A DNA stretch of 64,000 nucleotides from an uncultured Bacteroidota bacterium (GTDB taxonomy: Bacteria > Bacteroidota > Bacteroidia > Flavobacteriales_D > Crocinitomicaceae). Positions 45,071 through 54,000 of this stretch are shown here, in pieces. A model generated the notes under the pieces. That model was given only the letters and a program-made list of their open reading frames with translations. It made no database searches and had not been told where the DNA came from. Positions within the stretch are counted from its first letter, which is position 1. Every line of letters starts with the position of its first letter. The translations under genes were made by a program, and so were the position numbers. The stretch is taken from positions 463 to 64,462 of the forward strand of contig CALCCB010000083.1 in assembly GCA_937899625.1 (NCBI GenBank), given 5' to 3'.

Positions 45071-46272
45071 TGAAGACACTCGTTCAACTGATATCATTTC
45101 TTCTTCTATCAGGTTCGATATTAGCTTGTAATGTTGATGTTGTGATCAATGAAGGGACGAGTATCACCATTTGTCAGGGTTCAGGAACAACTATCAATGC
45201 ATCGGCAGGATATGTCAGCTACAGTTGGTCAGGACCATCGACAGGAACTTCTGCTTCACTAACACCGACTCAATCGGGAACATATACCGTGGATGCAGAG
45301 GATGCTTTAGGTTGTATTTCTTCAGCAAGTATCTCTGTAACGATTGCTCTGAATCCAACTCCAACGTTGATCTCCTCTGAAGGAAATGTGATCTGTAACG
45401 GTCTGTCAACTGCAATTTCAACCATCCAGGGCTATAATAGCTACTTGTGGTCTACGGGAAGTACTCAAGCTTTGATCACTGTGAATCAAGGAGGCGTATA
45501 TACTGTCGAAGTAGTCGATGCAAACGGATGTCTGGGAAATGCCGCAATCCTGATCAATGAACCCAATTTTTCTTTAACGACCATCACCACAACGGTTTGC
45601 CTTGGTGGAACAGCATTACTCACTGCAGGCGGAGGGGGAACTTACTCTTGGTCTACTGGAGAAACAGGAAGTAGTATTGTTGTAGGACCGACCCAAAATA
45701 CGACTTATTCAGTAACGATAACCAACGGATCCTGCACTGAAACACTTGATCAATTGATCTATGTGCAACAGATTCCATCAGCTTCAATTCAGGATACATT
45801 CTATGTACAACCCGGTGTTTCAATAGCGATCTCGGGGCCAGAAGGCTACGATGAATATTCGTGGTTTCCGTACGACAACTTATCCGCCATCAATATACAG
45901 AACACCAGTTTTTCAGGGAATCAATCTACTACTTATGCCGTAGTTTCAAGTCTGTCAGAAGGATGTCAACGGATCGATTCAATCTGGGTATTTGTCATCG
46001 ATCTTATCATACCAACAGGTTTTTCACCAAATGGTGATCAAACGAATGATCGATTTGTTATCCCTGAACTTGAATTTTATTCGGGTGACATCATAATCTG
46101 GAATCGATGGGGAGATAAAGTTTTTGAAAGTGACAATTATCAGAACAACTGGGATGGCACATGTAAAGAACCACTCTGTCTAACACAAGGCACATTACCT
46201 GAAGGCACATATTATTATCAGATTACAGTGAAGGACTTGGTGTATAATGGTTTTACAACTTTAAAGCGATAA
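45070..46272 (+). CDS. T9SS type-B sorting-domain cargo protein with four tandem Ig-like repeats
   Basis: 400 aa. The GTG start shares one base with the pyk stop (TAGTG). After a signal peptide come four repeats of about 70 aa. The C-terminal domain reads IPTGFSPNGDQTNDRFVIP...WNRWGDKVFESDNYQNNWDG...LPEGTYYYQI...GFTTLKR. Confidence 0.8.
   Translation: MKTLVQLISFLLLSGSILACNVDVVINEGTSITICQGSGTTINASAGYVSYSWSGPSTGTSASLTPTQSGTYTVDAEDALGCISSASISVTIALNPTPTLISSEGNVICNGLSTAISTIQGYNSYLWSTGSTQALITVNQGGVYTVEVVDANGCLGNAAILINEPNFSLTTITTTVCLGGTALLTAGGGGTYSWSTGETGSSIVVGPTQNTTYSVTITNGSCTETLDQLIYVQQIPSASIQDTFYVQPGVSIAISGPEGYDEYSWFPYDNLSAINIQNTSFSGNQSTTYAVVSSLSEGCQRIDSIWVFVIDLIIPTGFSPNGDQTNDRFVIPELEFYSGDIIIWNRWGDKVFESDNYQNNWDGTCKEPLCLTQGTLPEGTYYYQITVKDLVYNGFTTLKR
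45127..45996 (+). repeat. four tandem coding repeats of about 70 aa inside the cargo gene
   Basis: Repeat units span roughly aa 20-92, 93-164, 165-232 and 233-309. Each has (I/V)C.G...(Y.SY.WSTG)...(G.YTV.V.D..GC): ICQGSG..YSWSGP..GTYTVDAEDALGC; ICNGLS..YLWSTG..GVYTVEVVDANGC; VCLGGT..YSWSTG..TTYSVTITNGSC; the fourth is degenerate. Confidence 0.7.
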
Positions 46273-46273
46273 T

Positions 46274-47251
46274 ATGAGGACTCTGATCATCACTTCTTTT
46301 ATTTCGCTGTTGTCTACGTTAATTCTTGGACAAAATACAATCCGATTCTCGAATTTCAATTTCACGAAATCCATCTATAATCCTTCAGCTGTAGCGACGG
46401 ATGCTCAAGTGAGTGCAGACCTGGTTTATCGTACCCAATGGGTTGGACTTGAAGGAGCACCGACAACGATTGGATTCAATGGGGGTTACGAGATCAATGA
46501 GCTTATGGCCGTTGGTATCAACTTCTACAACGATAGGATAGGATTAAATCAAACAAATTCGATCTCGGCCATGTATGCTTATCGCTTGTTATTTGATGAT
46601 AAACAATATCTGAGCTTTGGTTTAGGTGTTGGAGTTGACAATATTGCCTGGAATCTGAACGAGGCAACTACCATTCAACCAAATGATGCCGCATTTTCGA
46701 CTGGGTATTCAACTTGGGCATTCAATTCATCCGTTGGATTGTATTATAAAACCAAAAAATTCTATGCTGGAATTTCTGTTCCTCAGATGTTTCAGAATAC
46801 GCTATTCGGACAAGACAAAGGAATGAAACTCATTCGATTCCATTACCATGCTTTGGCAGGTTACTATTTTTCAGTGAGTGAACGATTTGTTTTTCATCCT
46901 TCGTTACAACTGAAGTATACCTGGAATGCACCGATCCAGGAAGATGTGATCCTGAGAGGAATTTGGTCTGACTTAGGTTTTTCATTAGGATATCGATCCC
47001 AAAATTCATTGATCGCCGGATTTGATTATACGTTCAGCCAGAAGATTCGTGTTGGATACATGGCAAACTACGATCTTGGTCCTTTTGCAAGGTCAAAGGG
47101 ATGGTCGCACGAAGTATACTTGGGCTTGGGATTACCTTATTACAATTCCAATGTTGGAATTGACGGTCGTCTTTACGTGAATAAGAAAGGTGGATACAAG
47201 ACCAACTACAGAAGATCGGCACGCAGAAAACAGTCAAAAAGACCCTACTAA
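46274..47251 (+). CDS. PorP/SprF-family type IX secretion system membrane protein
   Basis: 325 aa with a signal peptide, then IRFSNFNFTKSIYNPSA...YRTQWVGLEGAPTT. It starts 1 nt after the cargo gene. Confidence 0.8.
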   Translation: MRTLIITSFISLLSTLILGQNTIRFSNFNFTKSIYNPSAVATDAQVSADLVYRTQWVGLEGAPTTIGFNGGYEINELMAVGINFYNDRIGLNQTNSISAMYAYRLLFDDKQYLSFGLGVGVDNIAWNLNEATTIQPNDAAFSTGYSTWAFNSSVGLYYKTKKFYAGISVPQMFQNTLFGQDKGMKLIRFHYHALAGYYFSVSERFVFHPSLQLKYTWNAPIQEDVILRGIWSDLGFSLGYRSQNSLIAGFDYTFSQKIRVGYMANYDLGPFARSKGWSHEVYLGLGLPYYNSNVGIDGRLYVNKKGGYKTNYRRSARRKQSKRPY

Positions 47252-47381
47252 TTCGAAAGCTGTTCATAAGTCTTTTCGTTGTTGAAAATTCAACAATTAA
47301 ACATATTTTAATTTGATTGGTTTTAGAAAGGAATAGCAAAGGCTAATGTATATTTGTAGCCTAATTTGAACAGAATTAAGA

Positions 47382-50237
47382 ATGAGCGTATTTTCTCAAC
47401 GTCACATTGGACCAAATCAGACAGAAAAGGCCGCAATGTTAGCAAAAGCGGGAGTCTCATCTATTGATGAACTAATCGACAAAACGATCCCAGCACACAT
47501 TCGTTTGAACAGAGAACTTGTTATTGATAATGCTTTATCAGAACAAGAGTATTTAAATCATATTCAGGAGCTGGGTAAAAAAAATAAGGTCTTTCGTTCA
47601 TTCATCGGAATGGGGTATAACGAAACCATTGTACCTTCAGTTATTCTGAGAAATGTTCTTGAAAATCCGGGATGGTATACAGCTTATACTCCTTATCAAG
47701 CTGAGATCTCTCAGGGAAGATTAGAGGCATTGTTGAATTTTCAGACGATGATCCTTGAGCTGACTGGCCTTGAAATCGCTAATGCATCTCTTCTTGATGA
47801 AGGAACTGCGGCTGCTGAAGCCATGATCATGTTCTGGAATTCACGTTCAAGAAATGATGTGAAGGAAGGGAAAAACAAATTCTTTATTTCAGATTCATGT
47901 TTTCCTCAAACCATTGATGTTGTTGTAGGTAGAGCAAAGAATCTCGGAATTGATCTAGTGATCGGAGATGCTCAATCTTTCCAGCCAGGAAATGAGTTTT
48001 TTGGAGCTTTGATCCAGTATCCTGATGCCAGAGGAGTTGTCACTGATCTGAAGCCTTTCATTTCAAGAATGAAAGAATCAGGAGTTCAGGTTGCCGTTGC
48101 AGCGGATATCCTTTCACTTGTGATCCTTAATTCACCTGGATCTATGGGGGCGGATGTTGTTTTCGGAACTTCTCAGCGCTTCGGTGTACCGATGGGCTAT
48201 GGTGGACCGCATGCAGCTTAATTCGCCGCGAGGGATGAATACAAGAGAACAATGCCGGGTAGAATCATCGGAGTCTCTAAAGATGCTGATGACAATCTTG
48301 CTTTGAGAATGGCTCTTCAAACAAGAGAGCAGCACATTAAAAGAGATAAAGCAACATCAAATATTTGTACTGCTCAGGCATTGTTAGCCGTTATGGCAAG
48401 TATGTACGCAGTATATCATGGTCCGACAGGAATGAGAGATATCGCTTTGCATTGTCATTCACTTGCTTCAAAATTGGCGGATGGATTAAAAGCACTTGAC
48501 ATTGAAGTTGCATCAGACAATTACTTTGATACAGTTTGGGTAAAAGGGGTTCAATGCTCAGCGATTCAGTCTTATGCTGAGGAATTAGAGATGAACTTTA
48601 ATTACATCAATGACAGTGAATTGACGATCAGCTTTGGAGAGCCACACACGACAGCAGACGTTGAAAATATCCTGGAGATCTTCGCGAAAATTGATGGAAA
48701 AGAAGCTACTGAGGTCACACATGAATTACATGCGAATCTAGTTGGAGCATTTTTAAGAACGGATGGTGTCTTGACCCACGCAACTTTTAACAGCTATCAT
48801 TCTGAATCAAAAATGATGCGTTACCTGAAGCGTTTGGAGAATAAAGATCTTTCATTGGTACACAGCATGATCCCACTTGGGTCATGTACCATGAAATTAA
48901 ATGCGGCAAGTGAGTTGATTCCAATCACGAATCCACAATTCGCCAATATGCATCCATTCGCACCGATCAATCAGGCAGAAGGATATCATGAAATGTTCCG
49001 TCAATTGGAGAAAGACCTTTGCGAATGCACCGGCTTTGCTGCCATGTCCTTACAACCTAACTCAGGTGCACAAGGAGAGTACGCGGGGTTGATGGTAATC
49101 AAAGCGTATCATGAATCCAGAGGTGATTTCCAACGAACTAAGATGATCATTCCTTCTTCAGCTCACGGTACGAATCCAGCATCTGCAGTGATGGCGGGGA
49201 TGGAAGTGGTTGTTACAGGATGTGATGAGAATGGAAACATTAACATCGATGAATTAAGACAAGTAGCCAATGAGCTAAAAGATACACTTGCTGGATTGAT
49301 GGTGACTTATCCATCTACTCACGGTGTTTATGAAGAAGGTATTCGTGAGATCACTTCGATCATCCATGAAAATGGGGGACAAGTATACATGGATGGTGCA
49401 AATATGAATGCTCAGGTAGGATTAACTAATCCTGGAAACATTGGAGCTGATGTTTGTCACCTGAACCTTCACAAAACATTTGCGATCCCTCATGGTGGTG
49501 GTGGACCTGGAATGGGGCCAATCGGAGTTGGTGCTCACCTTGCTCCTTTCCTACCCGGAAATCCTTTGGTAAAAGCAGGAGGAGATCAGGCAATCCATGC
49601 GGTTTCTGCCGCACCTTATGGTTCTGCTTTGATCCTTTTGATCTCTTATGGATACATCAAGATGCTTGGGGCAAAAGGATTACGTCATTCAACTGAAATT
49701 GCAATCTTGAATGCCAACTACATTGCAGCTTCTTTGAAAGGTCATTATGATGTACTGTATGCAGGTAAGAATGGAACAGTTGCTCACGAAATGATCCTTG
49801 ACTGCCGTGAATTCAAGAAAACAGCTGACGTTGAAGTTGCAGATATCGCGAAGCGTTTGATCGATTTCGGATTCCATGCTCCTACTGTTTCTTTCCCAGT
49901 TGCAGGTACTTTGATGATTGAACCAACCGAATCAGAAGATAAGGAAGAGCTGGACAGATTCATTGAAGCAATGATCAAGATCAGAACTGAGATCAGAGAG
50001 ATCGAAAATGGACATGCAGACAAAGAGAATAATTTGTTGAAAAATGCCCCACATACTGCAGATTGTATCATCAATAAAAACTGGAACTATCCGTATTCAC
50101 CTCAAGAAGCAGCCTACCCTGTTTCCTATTTGAAAGATTTCAAATACTGGGTACCGGTTCGAAGAGTGGACAATGCTTATGGTGATCGTAACTTAGTATG
50201 TGCATGCCCTAGTATTGAAAGCTACATGATGAGCTAA
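47382..50237 (+). pseudogene. gcvP: glycine dehydrogenase (aminomethyl-transferring) GcvP, single-chain type, interrupted by one in-frame TAA at 48219-48221
   Basis: ORFs 47382-48221 and 48252-50237 are in the same frame. Reading through gives ...[33 protein letters not shown]..., which is continuous with the conserved GcvP core. The PLP region is [18 protein letters not shown]. The total is about 950 codons, as in single-chain GcvP. Confidence 0.85.
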
Positions 50238-50261
50238 TTCTCATTATCATATAAAAATGAA

Positions 50262-50285
50262 AGCCTGTAAATACAGGCTTTTTTA
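50262..50285 (+). terminator. Rho-independent terminator after gcvP (may also act on the minus strand)
   Basis: agcctgt (50262-50268) / acaggct (50273-50279), followed by a T-run through 50284. Confidence 0.8.
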
Positions 50286-50339
50286 TTTTGATTAAGTAAA
50301 TGCTAAAGCATTTATACCATTTTGATCAACATGGATCAA

Positions 50340-50753
50340 TTAGTCGTTCACTTCTTTTTTAATTTTTAATATGAATGGCTCTATTTTTTCTACCAATCTT
50401 TTTTCTACCCATGGTTTTTCAATAAACTCAGTGAGCAAACCTGTTTCAATTAACTCACTGACTACAATGCTATTTGACTGACCAGAAAGCATAAAACAAA
50501 CCAATTCAGGATATTTTGATTTAATCTTTTTTATGAGGGTTGCTCCATTCATTTCAGGCATTTGATAATCAACAATCAAGAACAAAATGTCGACACCATA
50601 ACTCATTAACTCCTGAATGCATCCTTCAACTTCCATTGGATTAGTCAACGTCTCTATCAAAGTGGTAGACGGTGAAAAATACTTTTTTAATTGGTATGAA
50701 AGTACATCAACAATTGTACGATCATCATCAACACAGACAATAGCGTATTTCAT
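50340..50753 (-). CDS. single-domain (CheY-like) response regulator receiver protein
   Basis: 137 aa with VCVDDD, LFLIVDYQMPEMNG (phospho-acceptor Asp), MLSG and EKPW. It has no output domain and starts 2 nt after the kinase stop. Confidence 0.9.
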   Translation of the reverse strand: MKYAIVCVDDDRTIVDVLSYQLKKYFSPSTTLIETLTNPMEVEGCIQELMSYGVDILFLIVDYQMPEMNGATLIKKIKSKYPELVCFMLSGQSNSIVVSELIETGLLTEFIEKPWVEKRLVEKIEPFILKIKKEVND

Positions 50754-50755
50754 AA

Positions 50756-53700
50756 TTATCTAAATGGAAATTTAAATGTAAAAGTAGTTAAATCATCTGT
50801 AGAAATTACCTCAACCGCAGCATGATGTTCATCTAGGATTTCTTTTACAATGTTCAGACCTATTCCAGCACCTGATTTTTCTTTTTTTGTTGAAACAAAA
50901 CGGCTAAAAATATTGGGCAATACATCCTCAGGGATTTTAGGGCCATCATTTGAAATACTAATTTTGGCAAAACCATCTTCTTTGGTTAATCTAATCTGAA
51001 TGATACCTTTATGATCCATTGCGTCTATTCCGTTCTTTATTATATTCGACCATACCTGATATAGTTTCGCTTGAAATGCCATAATGACAATATCATTTTC
51101 GCCTTCATATTCGATCAGCACCCCTCTTTTTATCTCATATTGGAATATTTTAATTACGGTTTGAATTGATTGCTCAAGATTCACTTCCTCCTTAACTATA
51201 CTTTCGTCACCATCTCTTAAATAAAATCTTAAATTTCGGATTACTTCGGCCGCCCTGTTGACTGATAGTAAAATTGAATCATTGAAAGATCTCATTAAAA
51301 GAATTGAATACATTAAGTTAATATAAGGCAATGGATCTTCAATTTGAATGAATTCTTCGAGGTAATCAATATCGCTTATTTCTATTCTGGCATTAATTAG
51401 AGCGTTAATGATTTCATCAGATTTTAATGGTGCATATCGCTGATGATTAGAAATAAAATCATTCCATGTTTTTATTTCTTTTAAACGTTGTATCCCACCG
51501 ACATTAACACTGAAATCACCCTCTCTTTTGTATGCTTTCTTAATTTGATCACTTGAACATTGCAGTAATGATGAAACAAATAACTGTTCAACAGTTGAGT
51601 TAACTTGCTCTGCAGATGCTCTAATCGCCCCAATAGGTGTATTCAATTCATGAGTGATGTTTGCGGTCAACTCTCCTATCATGGCAGCTTTATCCAAATT
51701 GGAGAGCATTATTGTTAATTCCTGATTTTTGGCTGTTTGCTCAGCTATCTTGATTTCAAGGTTTTGATTCATTTTTGAAATGACCTCATTTTGATGATTA
51801 ATTTCATTCAAATAATTCACCGATGAAAACCCATTTCCAATAATTTGAGAAAATAATTCGAGTAACAAGGATTCTTTATCAGAGGGTTTTTTATATTCCT
51901 CAATAAAATCAATACCAACAAAACCTTGACAGACTTTACCTGACATGCAAGGATACGTGTAAAAAGATTTAATATTTATATTTAGGAGCTTGTCTTTATA
52001 CTCTCCATCAGGCAACTCACTGATGTTTTCCACATTGAATGGCTTCCCATCAAGATGCGTTAGTAATCTCTTCTTTGGTAAAACATTCATTGATACAATC
52101 CGAGAATTTTTTTGAACTTCATCATTTAATACCCATTCACTTTCAAGAATCATTTTTTCCTCATCAAAGTCGTAAGAATAAAAATAAGCTCGATCTGCCC
52201 CCATGAACTTGCCTATTTTACTGAGATTAGATCTAACTTTTTTGTTGAAGTCTTTTGGACCTACACCGACGAAGGATGATGCAACTTCTGAAAGTAGTTC
52301 CAAGAAAGATAGCTGAGTTGTTAACTCATTTTGAATGGCCTTTAAAGAAGTGATATCAACTCCATAACCGATGATATATTCCAACTTATTTTTTGTGCCT
52401 ATAATAGGCTCAAATGTTCTTTGAGTAATAATCTTAACCCCTTCTTGACTAATATGCTCATCCTCCCATTGTGCAAATGTTTTTCTCTTTTTTACTTTAT
52501 TAAAATTTTGACGTCTAAGTAATGCCGGAGTATTTGGAATTCCTTTCAGTTGATAATAATCAAAGTCTGTTTTACCGATAATCCAATTTCTGATTTCATC
52601 ATTTTTGATCCCTTTTTGGTTAACATAGATATATTCATGTTGTAAATTAAACACTGCGATATCCAAGGGGAATCCATCCAGAATACTTTCGTAAAAATTT
52701 TTTAATTTATTATTATTTTCTATGAATTCTGTGATTTCAGATGCATAAAGATTCACATAGTTTTTATCTACTATATTGGCAAGATCAATATTGTAAAATC
52801 GAGAGTTTCTCTCTAGTGTTAAGAAAGAATTTTGCCCATTTGATTGCACTAATTCATTAATCGCTGCCAAAAATTCAACGTCATTAATTTTACCCTCAAT
52901 AACAGAAAAATCTTTTAGAAAAGATTCTTGACTCGCTTTATTGAAATAAATGATTTCCTGATTTTCATTCAAACGAAGTATTGGATTCGGATTTTCATTC
53001 GGGAAACGTGCAATCACTTCTATTTCATCTCTAACCAGCTTTAATTCCTTGTTTTTTTGGACAAGATTTTTTTGTATTCTTTTTGAATCCGAGAGAGAGC
53101 TATCAGTTGTTTGCTTGAGAAAAATATATTCAATTATGTAATCGAGAGGAGAAAAATCAGAAATTTGAAGATTATAATTCTCTATTGGAAATTCATTGTT
53201 CAATACAGGCGAGCAAACTAAAAACTTAAAATCGTTTTTTGTAAAAACCGAGACTTTAAATTTGACTTTCAAGTTTTTGCCTAGGATAAATATCAATTTG
53301 TTCTTATAACTTTGAATAAAGTTATTTAGGTCACCGCTTAAAAATCTGTCATCCCAATCAAAATGGTAGTCGAAATGATCGTATAGATTGAGGGTGGGTA
53401 TTATTTTTTTAAAGCCCTCGCTGTATTTTAATAGTTGAAATTGTTCATTAAAAAGCAGAATAAATGGATTCGTTTTCCGCATCGTTTCATATTCTGATAA
53501 TATACTGATCAGATTTCCAGATGACTCAATTTTTAAATCAACTAATGCAGTTGAACTCTTTACTAAAGTAGATATTCCTGTTTTTTCAAACTTGGTTAAT
53601 TCTTGAACAGAATCTGAAAAAATATAAAATGTAAGAACAAATTCATTCCTGGACGAAAGAAGAGAACACTTGATGATAGAATTACATCCCGCTTTACTGA

Positions 53701-53983
53701 ATAATTGAGGTAAGTTTGTCGATGAGATTTCACATTCATCTGCTTTTTTAAAATTGCAATTTTTTAATTCATCGCTAATTTTTTGAGTTCTATTATTCGT
53801 AATAGATGCCAATTCAAAATTAGAAATGATTCTACGATCATTGTTTAATTCAATTTCAATACATGCTGAGAATCCATTGGTTAATTTTGAAGCCATATAG
53901 GCCATATCATCTAGCTCTGACAAAATTTCAGAATCATCAAATAATATGTCTAATGAGTAATCTTGATTATTCACCCAACTCAA
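50756..53983 (-). CDS. cytoplasmic multidomain sensor histidine kinase (N-terminal unknown region, HNOBA-like segment, 2 PAS, GAF, DHp, HATPase_c)
   Basis: 1075 aa with no TM segment seen. PAS-like regions are FPNENPNPILRLNENQEIIYFN and YESILDGFPLDIAVFN.... The GAF-like region is about aa 560-725. The H-box is ELTANITHELNTPIGAI (His778, codon 51650-51652). The N-box is WSNIIKNGIDAM, and the G-boxes are NDGPKI and GAGIGLNIV. Confidence 0.85.
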   Translation of the reverse strand: MSWVNNQDYSLDILFDDSEILSELDDMAYMASKLTNGFSACIEIELNNDRRIISNFELASITNNRTQKISDELKNCNFKKADECEISSTNLPQLFSKAGCNSIIKCSLLSSRNEFVLTFYIFSDSVQELTKFEKTGISTLVKSSTALVDLKIESSGNLISILSEYETMRKTNPFILLFNEQFQLLKYSEGFKKIIPTLNLYDHFDYHFDWDDRFLSGDLNNFIQSYKNKLIFILGKNLKVKFKVSVFTKNDFKFLVCSPVLNNEFPIENYNLQISDFSPLDYIIEYIFLKQTTDSSLSDSKRIQKNLVQKNKELKLVRDEIEVIARFPNENPNPILRLNENQEIIYFNKASQESFLKDFSVIEGKINDVEFLAAINELVQSNGQNSFLTLERNSRFYNIDLANIVDKNYVNLYASEITEFIENNNKLKNFYESILDGFPLDIAVFNLQHEYIYVNQKGIKNDEIRNWIIGKTDFDYYQLKGIPNTPALLRRQNFNKVKKRKTFAQWEDEHISQEGVKIITQRTFEPIIGTKNKLEYIIGYGVDITSLKAIQNELTTQLSFLELLSEVASSFVGVGPKDFNKKVRSNLSKIGKFMGADRAYFYSYDFDEEKMILESEWVLNDEVQKNSRIVSMNVLPKKRLLTHLDGKPFNVENISELPDGEYKDKLLNINIKSFYTYPCMSGKVCQGFVGIDFIEEYKKPSDKESLLLELFSQIIGNGFSSVNYLNEINHQNEVISKMNQNLEIKIAEQTAKNQELTIMLSNLDKAAMIGELTANITHELNTPIGAIRASAEQVNSTVEQLFVSSLLQCSSDQIKKAYKREGDFSVNVGGIQRLKEIKTWNDFISNHQRYAPLKSDEIINALINARIEISDIDYLEEFIQIEDPLPYINLMYSILLMRSFNDSILLSVNRAAEVIRNLRFYLRDGDESIVKEEVNLEQSIQTVIKIFQYEIKRGVLIEYEGENDIVIMAFQAKLYQVWSNIIKNGIDAMDHKGIIQIRLTKEDGFAKISISNDGPKIPEDVLPNIFSRFVSTKKEKSGAGIGLNIVKEILDEHHAAVEVISTDDLTTFTFKFPFR

Positions 53984-54000
53984 AATTCAATCGTTTTAAT

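Noticed and set aside
47252-47381. A glycine riboswitch might lie upstream of gcvP.
   Set aside because: The 130-nt leader is AT-rich and lacks the conserved GGAGAG / CACCG-type cores of glycine aptamers. I saw only short AT hairpins (ttgttgaa/ttcaacaa at about 47278-47297, aggcta/tagcct near 47340-47362).
47382-50237. The two gcvP ORFs might represent the natural two-subunit glycine dehydrogenase (gcvPA/gcvPB).
   Set aside because: Natural two-subunit enzymes split near the middle (about 450 aa each) and have separate start signals. Here the break is after residue 279, inside the conserved GYGGPHAA-FFA block. It is in frame, and conserved residues are encoded between the stop and the next ATG.
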